DNA from: Blasia pusilla
Lineage: Eukaryota
Length of the DNA stretch: 64,000 nt
NCBI GenBank assembly: GCA_050084515.1
Contig: CM114271.1
Coordinates: 38,936,001 to 39,000,000 of the forward strand
Direction of reading: 5' to 3'
Part shown: positions 27,615 through 40,731 of the stretch, piece after piece
How positions within the stretch are numbered: position 1 is the first letter of the stretch
How the letters are laid out: the number at the start of each line of letters is the position of its first letter
Program-made: the position numbers and the translations under genes
The notes under the pieces: model-generated
What the model was told of the DNA's origin: nothing
Database searches by the model: none
Seen by the model: the letters and a program-made list of their open reading frames with translations, nothing else

Positions 27615-28306
27615 ATCTTAACTAGGGTTAGTTAGTTGCGTAAAGATAAGTTTCAGATATTGAAAAATGATTTAGATGTTAGAGATATCGATATGAGCTT
27701 GAGGGAAAGTATTGAAGATTGAGTTATAGTCAAACTCATTGAACATCTAGAGTGCTATATTTGATACTCATACGAAGTAGGAAAGATTAATCTTTGCTCG
27801 TTAGTTAAAAAAAATTATCTTTTGATTAGTTAGTTACACATGATTATCTTAACCAGGGTTAGTTAACCACAATTAGATTATGGTTAACATTAGAGTTATG
27901 ATTGCTTGTACATACCCTATATAATTGAGAAGGGAACCATCCTCCACTCATTCTCTCATTACAAAGTTTTGTTCTCCATGATGATATGTAAGTGTAAGAG
28001 TCGTATCCCATCAGTTATGCTCGCTTAGTAATTTTCTACAATTGGTTTATAAACTAACTCATGGCCTCTGTTTCCTTTGAGTTAGTGAATTTTGGTTAGA
28101 GCAAGTGTTGTGTGTTTCACAACGATTACAAGTGCCAAAATTTTGAATTATTTTGTTTAATCCGGATTCTCTAAATTCATCTAACGCAAGTGAAGCCCAC
28201 TAATTCTTTGCCATAATAAAGACACCCTAAGGACTGCTTTGTCTTGCTAGTCTTGTTCTCGGTCTTTTTTTTGCACGTGAAAGCTTTGCTTGGTTGGTCT
28301 TCTCAA

Positions 28307-28601
28307 CATGGTTGCACAAAAATAGACATGGATGGACAAGTGTGGATATGGTTTGCAAGAGGTGAGACCCACACTTATAGTTCATGATGGAAGGCAAGAC
28401 AAGGTCAAGTGGGGCAATAAGGTGGGATGGAGTGGAGGTGGAGGGACAAAAAAATGGGAATATCGAACACTAAGGTAAGTGGGGGGGATGAGAAAGAAGG
28501 GGAAGGTGGGGCCCATATGGATAAGTCCTTCCATAGGACATACGTAAGTCCACATACATGGACATATCCATGGACACCGAATTTCTTCATATGCAACCTT
28601 T
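28307..28601. mobile_element. hAT-type MITE, complete (short subfamily)
   Basis: Ends CATGGTTGCA / TGCAACCTTT; perfect 8-bp TSD CTTCTCAA (28299-28306 and 28602-28609). Confidence 0.9.
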
Positions 28602-29125
28602 CTTCTCAATTCTCTATTTTTAACAATGCCCTAGCAAAGCCAAATTTTGTCCTTGATTGGATGTCTGTGTGGCCCGCCGCCTCATGACTTCCACCCTACA
28701 AGATTCATACATCTTTTTGTACTTGTGCATGTCAAACCACTTATGCTCAAGTATAGTTGATAGATCTTCATGAGGATCTCATGTCCCAATTTTAATGAGA
28801 AATCATTGACATCTTGATTGATTGTGCATACAGTGGTCAAAATTGGCCTTCCAATCAAGTTGCATTGTCGATGAGTTAAGCACAGAAAAAGGGTCATATT
28901 ATAGTTATAGAGAGACTTATGTAGTCACTAATATTTTTGTGACCAGATTTCTACCTTCTTGGATAGTGCTAGAGATTTGGGCAGTGAATCTAGGATGACG
29001 AATATATTGGAACACTTCTAGATCTGATGTTTCTAGTTGAGAAATATCAGTTTAATTGTTGTTATAAATAATTTGCTTTATTTTAGAGGTCTTGAGGGTT
29101 GATTACATCAATGCACTAATAGCAC

Positions 29126-29940
29126 CAAGGTTGCACGAAAACAGACAAGTTCGTCCATGGGTTGGACATGCCCAACGAATCCCCTGCCTGCCCCTCGAGG
29201 AAGGCCGCCATATAGAAGTAGGCACATAATGACTTATGGATGGAGGTTTGATAGGTAGGGCAGGGGGTGACACGACTATGTTGTAGCTAGCGGGCGATCA
29301 TAGATTTTTACCAAGTAGGGATGAAGTTGAACAACTTAGTCGAGAAATAACGTGGTAGGGATATCCAATGTAGTAAGAAAACTACCATGATAGTGGGGCC
29401 AACAAAATAACCTCCTATGTGGTAGGAGACTAATTGGAGAGTAGGTCATGTGACTTGGTTTTGTGGCTTAACTCATGGTTTTCTATTGAGCCTATGAATT
29501 TTTCCATTGTAGTTGTTTTTTGATTTTGGTGAGATGCAATGGCCTATCAAGAGTTGTTAATTTAGTGTTGAATCTCTTAGTACATTGCAAACCTATGTTG
29601 AGAACTTGAGATGAGTAATCTCCATCGATGGTTCACGAAAAATAGAAATATGGTGATACAAGTGTCGATTCCAACGGGTAGTCCATATTTGTAGATGGGA
29701 GGAGGTAGATAGGTGGTGTGATTTCCAAGAGATTCAAGACCCAACGTAGTTCAACCCTTTCATGGCATGGCCAATGTCAAATCAACATTGCGGGCGGGAT
29801 GGCCAAGCTTGGATCTACGTTGCGGGCGGGGTAAGCTCAGATGCGGACCGCGTGTACTCAGGCCCCCATGGACATGTCCATGTCCGTCCTAGAGACGAAC
29901 ATAAGTCTGCGAACACGGACTTTGTTCATGTGCAACCTTG
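29126..29940. mobile_element. hAT-type MITE ends flanking unrelated sequence (rearranged or composite)
   Basis: CAAGGTTGCAC at 29126 and GTGCAACCTTG ending at 29940; the flanking 8-mers do not match. Confidence 0.6.
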
Positions 29941-32794
29941 TTCCTCCTTGGACTCGCGATCATGACTTGCTTCGTAGGTTCGTGCTAGTGTGGGTACTAT
30001 AGACTTAGCTATTCACGAGGCCAAGTGGGCCAATTATGGATACCAACCTTGGACCTTGACCCGTGACTCAAATATGGAGTCCCAATTAGAGATTCATTCG
30101 AGGTTCACTATGCACTTGTGACGACCACATGTGCTAGCACGGATTTATGTTCATAGACTATCAAAGAAGTATGTCATAAGTCTTGAAGGACTTGCTTCTA
30201 TTTGGGATTGAGGGGTTAGGTTAATATCTTGTTCATCTATATTGGTTGAGCTTGAAGGATGGCGTGAGACCAAGACTTGAGAGATGCAAGCTTGGTTGAC
30301 TCAAACCGTGGCTAATATGAATGTGTTTGGGTCAAGGTGAGATCAATCAGGAAAGTATGACCCGTTGAACGCAAGCTTCCACGAAACATAAGACTACTTC
30401 TTTGAACATAACGTTCAAAGAAGTAGGTCTACAATAATGGCAGTATCATGATGTAATCAAATTTTCATTCTAAAATATTAACAATTCGTTTGAAATTTAA
30501 TTTGAACTCATCCAATAATTCACATAATATTTAAAATTTAGGCAAATTAACTATAACATGTTATTTTATACTAGCACATAGATGCTTACACATGGAATTA
30601 TGTTCATGATTGTTTATGGACTAGTGACCAACAAGTTTTCCATCATGTTGGGAGCTCCGAGGTCTCGTATGGGTATCACATGGCCTCGAAATGGAAGACA
30701 ACCTTTGGTTAGGATATTATTGATGGGTGCGTTTCAAGACTATATTTCCCAGCGCTCTAGCAAAGGGATAAAATAGAGAGTAAATCGGATTCGTAATTGC
30801 GAAGGAAGATGAGTTTCGGAGAGATTTTCTTTTCTCTCTCGAGTTGGATGGAGATAATAATAGGTAGCCAAGGAGAGGATTCAGTTGACCTTCGACAGTT
30901 CGAGTAATCAAGTTCGGGTCAGAGTATACTGGAGTGTTACTTTCGGGGTCGGATATCGATACAATCCACAAGTCCACATGAGGAGGAAGGACAAACATCG
31001 ACTCAATCACCTCCCTACTGCAAACACACACCTCAATTTTGTGATGGACGAGTTTTGTGGCAAACATCACGAAATGAGGACTGCACAATTGCGGTGATTG
31101 AAGGTGGCATGAAATTTGATGAAAAACCAACTCAAATCTTCTTAGTGTAGCATTTGCACATCTTGGCAGATATTTTGGAGTTTTAAAGTTGGATTAGATC
31201 GCATTTAACACGACCCTTCCTTCCTTCAACTAGATTTAACGGGATTGAAGGGAGATGTGAACGAACCCGCATGTTTACTAGGGGGGCGATTGGGTCTGTC
31301 TAGGAGGAAGGGATAATTCGGTCTGATTCCGTACTTTCCGACGGAACTAGGATCGTGCATACAAGCGTTACCTCATGTTTCCATCATGATCACCGTGCTC
31401 CCTCGAATTCGGGTGCAGTTTAATGGTCCCCAAGAACCCTTTAATAGTAACGTGGGAAGGAGTAGTATTCGAGGAAGAGCATGATCTAGATTCTAGTTGC
31501 ACTGGAAGAACACATTGGAGGCACGACCGCTCGCCCGTTCACAACTTCACACTGGATGATTCGGATGTTGGAAACTTACCGATGTCGCGAATGTAATAAA
31601 CCACGATTCGAATAATCGAATTCCGATCAAGGGTTGAGACCTGAAATTGCGCGCCCGATTTTCGGGCTTACATATATCCCCGTGCGACCAAGGCATTACT
31701 GTACATGGCAGGCATTCGACGTGCTGAAGGTACAACAGTTCCTTCAGCACGTCGAAAAGCAGCGAGGACAGGGAAGTAAAGCTTGCGCACTGTTATGTAA
31801 CCGACTCACACGCATTGAAGGGAGATGTGAGCGAACCCGCATGTTACCAGAGTGGCTCATTCCACTCGAACTTTAAAGCTTGGCAGACCCTAGTCACGAC
31901 TAATCATCCTAGGTCTCCATGGAAGATTCTCGTTGATTCTCCCACTCCGGTTAGGGAGAATCTCCAAGATGGGATAGAATGAGGCAGGTGAACGCAATCT
32001 TCGGTGCCTGCGGAAGTTGCGGGCCTCACATGTTCGCACTCGAAGTCGAAAGATTCCTGGACGCTTTCGGTAAAATTATTCGTTGCTTTCTCTTCCTGAA
32101 GACTCGGTTCGCTCTTCTCGCTGGACTCCATCATGGAGCAACAATGAAAGATAATAGCAAGCCGCTGCATGGCTGTCTCCTGCATTGTACTCCTCGACAC
32201 TTGAACATAAAGATTGGGCAAAGCCCACGTGAAAGCGTGTGGGCCGGGGGGGAATTCCCATGTTCTCACAGCTAAAATAGACGCAAAAGCACCGGTCGTG
32301 ACTCAGCACTGCCGCCGATTCAGATCCAAGTTGCAGGTAATCGTGTAAATCCATCCACAGACGTACAAGTAGCTGTCCTATGAACGCGTGCCAAGCAAGC
32401 AAGGAATTGTGGACGAATCTGGTAATACTTCCTCTCGACTCCGAAGTCCAAAATGCAGATCCAGATAAGTACACATTAAAAACTTCATTCACGACTGACA
32501 GGAATCCATTAACAGAATCTCTTCGATGTACAACCCCGCCTCGGCTGTCCGACATTGAACGCCGTATGCAAGGAGATGGTATTTGTTTCACCCAACGTTT
32601 CGTTCACCCAAATCAGTTTCCACAAATACTACTCCCGATAGTCTGGAACTGCAGGAGATAATCCAAAAGCTAATTGACAAATATGTACACAACATTACTG
32701 CACAAACAAAATCGATCTACTCAGCCCGCGACAGGTCCACAGATTCGTGAAAGCGACCTACAATAAGACCGGCTCCGTCCATCCATCAACTCCT

Positions 32795-33982
32795 CTACAC
32801 CTCCACAGAACAAGAAGCCCGCACTAATCCGCTGAAGTCTGATTCCGAATTGACAACCTCCCACTTGCCAACCCCTTCGACATCCAATCGGCGCTTATGA
32901 ACAGCAGACTTGTTTCGGTCTCCGGAGTCCGGAATGGTCATCAAAACCAAGCTGTCGCAGATGGCAGTGGCACAAATGGCAGTTGCGCCATCGAGTGGTA
33001 TGGCATCAACGACTGTCCAGAGGTTCTTCTCGCTGTCGTAACGCATGAGATTATGTTTTTGAATCGCATACAGATTGCCCTCCCACAGCGTGAAAGGGCC
33101 GGGGCTCACCCTCTCCATCCACATATCCTCAAGCCTGCTCCAGCGTCCGCTCACGGGATCATAAATCTCTGCACTGGAAACAAACTGCCCTTGATTATTG
33201 TTAGAATAGCCACTGATCACCAGCACCTTCCCGTCCAGAGCCACCACTCCACATTCGTCCCGCTCCTCGCTCATGGGAGGCAGTTCCTCCCACCGATCCT
33301 CGTCCACGAAGTAGGCTTCGGCAGAAGCCAGTGCATTCTTATTGTCATCGTGCCCTCCCGCCACAAAAACATTGTTACCCATGATTCCACATCCGAAGAA
33401 TGACCTTGCACTCGACATGTCGGTCCCGCGCTTCCACGACTGCGTGGAGAAGTTGAACACGTAGACCGTTCTCAGGGCCTCGTATGTGCTAGGATGCCAG
33501 CCTCCGAGCAGTACGAGCTTCCCATTGAGACCGACGCAGCGACAGAACACAGGGAGACCCTCGGGGAAATCGGGAATGGGAGGCAACCTCGCCCAGCCTT
33601 TCTGCTTCCAATCGTAGATGGTCAACCCGAACACAGGAGCTGAGGCGTGCTTCCCACCAGCAGATGGATCATTGAAATCCGGTTCAGGGAGCGCTTGCAC
33701 AATGCACAAAAGGTTCTGCGTCGCACCCACTCGCCGCCGTTCCTCGTAGAAATTCTGGCTGGTGACAATGTTATCCCACTTGCGGCAAACGCCTTGTAGC
33801 TGAGTGAACACCGTGTGGGAAACGCGCAGCAAGCACTCGAGGGCGATCTCTTCCGGCAGACCGGGGATCAGGTCTTGGATCAGAGTTTCCTCGCCGAGGT
33901 CTATCTCGTCCAGCAGATCCGTCTCCTCAAGCGTGTCGTAGTCCTCGTCCATCTCCAAATCCCATATCATATTCATCGCCAT
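32795..33982 (-). CDS. F-box/kelch-repeat protein (KFB/KMD/SKIP20-like subfamily), single exon, 395 aa
   Basis: Intact ORF with F-box LIPGLPEEIALECLLRV and kelch repeats (LVLLGGW, ARSFFGCG...VFVAGGHD, ERDECG...VISGY...AEIYDP...W). High-GC coding composition. Confidence 0.96.
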   Translation of the reverse strand: MAMNMIWDLEMDEDYDTLEETDLLDEIDLGEETLIQDLIPGLPEEIALECLLRVSHTVFTQLQGVCRKWDNIVTSQNFYEERRRVGATQNLLCIVQALPEPDFNDPSAGGKHASAPVFGLTIYDWKQKGWARLPPIPDFPEGLPVFCRCVGLNGKLVLLGGWHPSTYEALRTVYVFNFSTQSWKRGTDMSSARSFFGCGIMGNNVFVAGGHDDNKNALASAEAYFVDEDRWEELPPMSEERDECGVVALDGKVLVISGYSNNNQGQFVSSAEIYDPVSGRWSRLEDMWMERVSPGPFTLWEGNLYAIQKHNLMRYDSEKNLWTVVDAIPLDGATAICATAICDSLVLMTIPDSGDRNKSAVHKRRLDVEGVGKWEVVNSESDFSGLVRASCSVEV

Positions 33983-34917
33983 CTTGAAAACTCGTACCCT
34001 CCACCCGAAAAGAAACTCGCAAGTTCCAACGGAACCAGAAAACTTCCGGACGTTTCAAGCGCTTCGTCTCCGACTTCACGGCCCCTCACGACCGATTTCG
34101 ATCAGTTAACTCCCCCAACTTTCAGGATCGCTCCACAGCAAAACTCGATCAAATTCACTCCCGCACTACCTGCAACCACCGCACCCGAATCACCCACAAT
34201 CCACCGTCTCTCTCGCGAACACGAACGGATCGACCACCACACCCGCGACTATATCCCCTCCTCGCTTTTTTTCTTTTCCTTCGCTCTGCACACCACACTT
34301 CCTTCTCCGGTATTCAAGATTCCAATTCGCGGAGTGCAGGCGAATGCGTGTGATGGCGCACGGTACTATAGTGCACAGAGCTCGCTTTGCAGCTTTCGGA
34401 CCAACTGGGGAGGGAACCAGGTCAACAAGAAGTTTCTAGTCCTGCCTTGCCTGGCAGCAGCCTGAGAGTTAGCGTGTGAAACAAGAGGCCGGATTCGCAC
34501 AGTCCAATAAGCTGGCGGGCGCAGATAGATTAATTACCGGCAGCTGCTGTGGGTTTTATGGTTTTATCCCCCTTTCCTGCCCCAGCGGTCAGGAAGAAAA
34601 CGATGAGATAAAATACAGTGGAATCTATCCACCTTGCTCGCCGGCGACCTCATCCGCCCCGACAGGTGTCGCTTATAACGGTGATAGATCCTCGTGCTGA
34701 CTAGGACGATTGGCCCCAGCACCACGCGTAATCCGGCTGTTGCAGGAGAGGCATCGACACGTTGAAGTATCAGCTCTGGAGCGAGCGAGTTGAAATAAAT
34801 AGATCAGGACGAACAGTGGCATTGGCAACTGCAGCGTAGGATGATAGGATCGATCTATCCCACTTCTTTACTTTCCGCCGATATCACTCGTAACGCGCCA
34901 GTCATCCTCTCGTCCTC

Positions 34918-36155
34918 TTGCGGGCCCGCCGCGTCCGGCCAGTCAGCCAGGTGAGGACGCCCGTGAGGCGCCGGTCGGACGTACGGCCGATGTCTAGGGT
35001 TTCGATCGTTACGAGAACGTCTGCGGGTGCCTCGGACTCCCTCGACGCTGAAGCACCAGATTATTATAGCGGTAACGGCAACTGCGCCATCCGTTTCCTT
35101 ACTAACATCCGCATTGTTACTCGGCTGCTCGGGAAAGCTCGAGTATCCTCTCTCCGTTATCTTTTCTCCGCTTTGCTTTCATCTCTTCTCATGCATTCCA
35201 ACGGTGATTTCAAGTTACTTCCGAGTTCCAACGGCTTCACTTTAATTTGCTTGCGTGCGTCACATGTATCGTATCCAGACGCCTTTGTTAATGATTCCGT
35301 TCCTCGCGCCTCGTTGGAAAACCTCGCTTCCACATCCACAGCGATGCGGTTCCGCTTGGGCTTCCCCCAACCATCGGTGGTTGGTTCGACACACTGCGAG
35401 TGTCGCCGGAGCCTGGATCCACTTGGTGTGCATTTGGCACGCTGTCGATTGGGGTGAGAGGATAGCCACTCACGATGCGGTCGCGGGATATCATGTTCGA
35501 GTATTGCTCGGGAGAGTGGCTTCCATGTGCGAGAGAGAGAGGCACTACTCCATGCGGGATTCCCTCATTCGTGCCCGATCTCTACATGACACGTGGGAGG
35601 TGGTTGTGGCGGACGTGGCGATCCTGAGATCCTACGCGGAGGCGTCACGAGCCCAAGTGGTGGCCCAAGGGCGAATACTACAAGGAGCGGCGGCGGCGGC
35701 GGCGGCGAAGAAGACACATATCTCTGATCGACTACACGAGGGACACATCTTCATCCCCCGGCCATAGAGATGTATGGGGCTATGGGGGAGAGGTTCGACT
35801 TCGTTCTTACGGATTTGCGCCCATCATCTCCACTCGAGAAATGGGTTGTCCTTAGCTCTGCGATTCAGTATTGTAGGCGGCGGGTCTCCATAGCGTTGCA
35901 GCGTGCCCAGGCTAATGGGATTTTTGCGGCGGGCTCGGTGGGAGACGCCGGCGCTAGAGGCCCACTTAGTAGTAGTCATAGCTCTCTTGTTGTTGCTGAT
36001 ATTGTCTCTGCTGTTGGTGAGTTTCGTCGTTAGGGGGAATGCCCCCTTCTTCCTTTTCTGGTCTTGTTGTGGCCTTCAAGTTTTGACTCTTTGAGTCCCC
36101 CTCTTTTGTACTTCCGATGGGTTTTCCATCACTCGTTTTTATCGAAGTGCATCTT
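34918..36155 (+). mobile_element. CRE-clade non-LTR retrotransposon 3' portion (CCHC knuckle plus RLE), copy 2
   Basis: MRFRLG...CEC...D.LG.H...C knuckle, then ERIATHDAV, and RRRVSIALQRAQANGI. Ends at the same point as copy 1 (ATCGAAGTGCATCT). Frameshifted; 5' boundary approximate. Confidence 0.82.
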
Positions 36156-37611
36156 CGCCTTCCACATCACTGCTTATCCGTCCTTCCATCACGCATGTGT
36201 ACTTGTGTCTTGTTCATACATACTTACTAAATACTTTCTAAGATAATTATTATTTTCGTTTCAAAATTTGATTTTTATTTTTATTTTCTTAGATCTCAAA
36301 GGAATAATAGCAATCTATTCTTCTGAATATCTTAATTAAAATAAAATCCCACTTTTCTCAATCGATAATTCCATTTTTTCATAAAAATTTAAACAAGGTG
36401 TTTTTTCTCTCTCACTCTTCCCACCAACATAAGATATAATAATTAAAGTATTCTTTAATTTTTAAACAATGAAATCATTTTTCCTTCCCAAAATACAAAA
36501 AATTTAAGGGATAAAATTATAAGCTTCTTACTAATTTTTTATTATATTAATTTTTTTCTTATTGTGCATAAAGGTTTTCAATTCAACATAGATATGTTTG
36601 ACAAATATATTGAGTTGATTTCAAATTTTTAAAACTTGTGTAAAATTTGATTGATAGGTTAAAAATTAAAATGAAATGTATGGAAAAAAAACTTCATTAG
36701 TAAGTTTAAAAGTATTATTAGTGTAAGCCTTTGGTTTAAATAACCTCCCCAAATGATAATTAGTTCTCAAAATTATTATCAAGTATCATTTTAAATGAAT
36801 TTGGAACCATCCTATAGGCTCATAATGTGAGCAACTCCATTAGTTGAGTATCGCACTCTCCAATAATAATATAGATTATTATCATCAATCGAAAATACAT
36901 AACGAGACAAAATATTTATATAGGCATTATTTTGAACTTTTATTTAGATTTTGTCTGTGAAATTAATTTTAAGGCTTTGCATATGAAAAATGCCCTTTTA
37001 TGCTAAGCACATGCATTCTAACTAATTTACGGGGTGAGGAGTGTAAATCTCTCCATCGAAGTGTGTTTTTTACAAATTAAATTAAAGATGACATGTTTTG
37101 AATAGATATATTGCTTTAGAGCGAAAAACCCAAAACTAATATAGAAGAATCATGCTATCAAAATTTTTGGTCATTGTTGCTTATATCATAAAAAAATGAT
37201 AAGCCCCTCCTTTGTCAACAAATTTGCGGTCTGAATAGGAAGTTTTTGTGGATGCAATAAAGTAGAAATATGTTGAGGAGCATGTACAATAGGTAGCTCT
37301 GTAGTAAAATGCTAAAATAATAGAGAATATTACAGGTTGGAGAACATGTGTAAAATAGGCCTAAGTGGTAAAATTAGAGGATAGTTACTCCATTGTATAA
37401 GTCAGGTATCAGTTTTGTTCCCCAGAGCATCAGATGTTTTAAATTATAAGTAATTCAAGCTAGATCTGAGGATATTCTTATTGCATATTGTCATTGGCAC
37501 ATTTTGAATGGTTAAACAGTGTAAAACATGAATATCATAATGTTTCTTTTGGATTATATTTGTGTATTATGACTATGTGGGAAGCCAATGCTTAGTTGGA
37601 TATATCAGATA

Positions 37612-38314
37612 TATTAACAATGTATAGATACAAAGTTGTACGTACGTTGAACACATGAATCAAATTTCAGTTGGATATGATATAGAATAATACAAGATGT
37701 AATGAAGCATATTGAAATGTAAATGAACCAAAGATTGGGTGCTGATCTCAATTATCTTAAAGCAACAATGACAAAGGGAGTGTACTTGATTTTGAGTGGT
37801 AATGCTACAAACTATATCAAAATATCCAAGAAGAATTTTGGAAGATATAGAAAATGCCACAAGAGTACAATTATAGCCATTGTGAGCAAGCAAACTTGAA
37901 AATGTGCAACTTTATGTGAAGTATGTAAAGATGGCTTTACATGAGCTTTAGAATATCAACAATGTATAGTTACAGAATTTGCATGTATGTTGAACATAAG
38001 AATGGAGTTTCAGTTGGATGTGATAGAGAACCATTTAAAGTATAATCAAGCAGACCAAAATGAAGATTGCAATGTAAATGAACCAAAGAGTTTAAAAATG
38101 GGTACGGATCTCAATCATCTTAAAGCAACAGTGACAAAGAGAATGTATTTGAGTCTAAGTGTTACTGTTACAGACTTTCTGAAAATATGCAAGAAGGAAT
38201 GTGGAAGAGATAGAAATTGCCACAAGAGTAGAATTATAGCCATTGTCATAGAAAGCAAACTTGAAAATGTGCAAGTCTATCTGAAGTATGTGAAGATAGC
38301 TTTATACGAGCTCT
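37612..38314. repeat. Two-copy tandem duplication (~340-360 bp unit)
   Basis: AACAATGTATAG...TTTCAGTTGGAT...AAACTTGAAAATGTGCAA...GAGCT read twice, starting ~37617 and ~37959. Confidence 0.85.
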
Positions 38315-38728
38315 GACTAATGACATACACATAGATGGTCCAGTGACCCAATAACAGAAGTGGATTGGGCATGAGTAATTGAGTCCTGGCCAAATTTGAG
38401 CCTGTCCAAAGCTTTAGACCAAAATGTGTGTTTTTGGAAAATAATATGAATATCTTGAATTTGAAGACACATGTATTTCATATGCAAAACTACAAATGCA
38501 CTATGGATCAAATTTTCAACATGTGCAATTTGAGCTTAGGATTATCTTGAACTAAATGTTCAATGTCTTTGGAGAACTCACTAAATTCATATTTTACATT
38601 TTCTCACGTATTCCTTCACATTCTCAAAAGCTAACAAGCTAGAAGCATGTCCGTCATAAGTTAAATCTAACTGGCGCATAAGATTGCGTATGCGCGTAGA
38701 TAATTGATACTCTCATAGCATTCTCTCA

Positions 38729-39429
38729 ACGTGTCTTATTCTCATAGTATGAGAGGATCTTCTTTGGACTCTAATGTCCCTATCTCATCTTCCCCAACCT
38801 CATCCTTATCTTACTTCCCCACGCTCATCTTTAATCTCTTTTTGGTTGCTTCTTTCCCACTTATGCACTACATGTCATAGACTCTAACTTAACTATGACA
38901 AAAAGAATGGCTACAAACCTCCCTCATTTAAGACACAACGTCCTCGTTGTGAGAACTTTCAAACTCTTGCACTATTAATGGTGCGCTGGCCAAATTGGCT
39001 GAGGGTTCCCATATGGCCTCAAATACTGGATATCCTTTCCATCGGAACAAGTATTCGACTCATTGGTGATGAGCTCCTTGAGTGCATTTTTCAAGATACA
39101 TTCCACTTTAAATTCTTCTTGATCTCCTACTATTTGAGGAGATCAAGAAGAAAATCTTTTCCTTAAATCTTGTAGGACATGGGATAAACGGTCGAAGAAG
39201 AGCGACGTGAAACACATGATGGATTTTGTCGTGCGCATACACGTTGCTACGTAACATACATTGTTGTCACTGAACATAACACAAACATGCACGATCCAAT
39301 GCTAACTCATGGCATCCAAATATTGAGACAATAAGTACCAAAATATCTCTAATCGCCCCAAATAAATCATGTGGGTCTCTCCATCACAAGATCTCATTAA
39401 ATATGCATAAATAAAAATAAATAAATATA

Positions 39430-39499
<70 letters not shown>

Positions 39500-40700
39500 G
39501 TCAAACCAAACCCACTCTCCTAATGAGAGGCTTGGATTATATACACTAGGCAAGGAGGATCGTAGCTCTTCCGCCTCATGCCAAGAGGTTCAACAAAAAT
39601 AGAATGAGCTCTCAACCTCTCTCTCTTGGAATTACATCCCTTCCTTCTCCCAAGCTCTCTCCATAGTAACCTATGCTCGCAGATCATCTCCTTGGCTCTT
39701 GATCTATTGTAGTGGATCAAGGGCCACTTTCAAAAGTGGAAAGCCAACTATACTCAATATGAAACTTACCCAAAATAGTAAGTGTTTATATATGGCTCCA
39801 AATGAGCCGAAACAAAAGGAAAATCTGCTCTCTCAGGTTACTTTTGCCTTCAACAGTTCATCCTTGATCTTTTGAGGCTGCTCTCTAGTATCTTCGAAGG
39901 CGCTCTACTAGATCTCGTTGATCTATCCTAACGAACGTGACAATTTTTATATGCATCGATAGGTCTAGCTTATACATCACGACACCCACTTGTTGAAAAA
40001 ATAGTGAAAATATTTGTTATCTAACCCCATAGGTGTGGGTCTATAGTGGTTGTTTATGGAAGCAACCACCTCTTCTCCTCCTTGTACACATTTGCCATAC
40101 GTTGGGCACATGCGATTGCTTCATTAACATCCTTCGAATTGTCTCGAATCACTTCTTCACGCACCTTCCTCTTCAAACCTCTCTTGAACACTTCAAGGGC
40201 TTTTGCCCCACTCATGTCATGGATCTATATCTGTAAGTCATGAAACTCTTTGATGTAGTCTTCCATAATATCTTTTTGCTCCAATCGCCATATTTTCATT
40301 CTAGAAGTGAAGACTGGGTCCACAACTTAGAAATTTTGCAATAGCCCTTACTTCATTCCGCTTCATGTGATTTTTTGACTTGTTTCAATCAAGAATCTCT
40401 CCCATGAGTCCCATTGTTGATACTATGTCAATGTTTGGTCAGTTAACCAAGATCTTATGAACATCCCTGCAATATGATCATCAATGTTGAAAAGGGATAA
40501 ATGGATATCCATACAAGTGATCCAACTCTCTAATATCCCTATGACTTCTTTTGTACGATTCTACCTTGCATGCCTTTGTCATTTTCAATATGAATGACGT
40601 TTGGGCATTCATCTTTATCACTCTCTATGCTACTTGGGCCTCCAATGCTCGTGCCCTTAAGGTTTCCTCACTCTACCCAAAAGTCACGAAATTCGTGGTT

Positions 40701-40731
<31 letters not shown>

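Noticed and set aside
32897-34465. Plus-strand ORFs of 168 and 216 aa
   Set aside because: Antisense shadows of the F-box CDS and its GC-rich 5' region; no domain signal.
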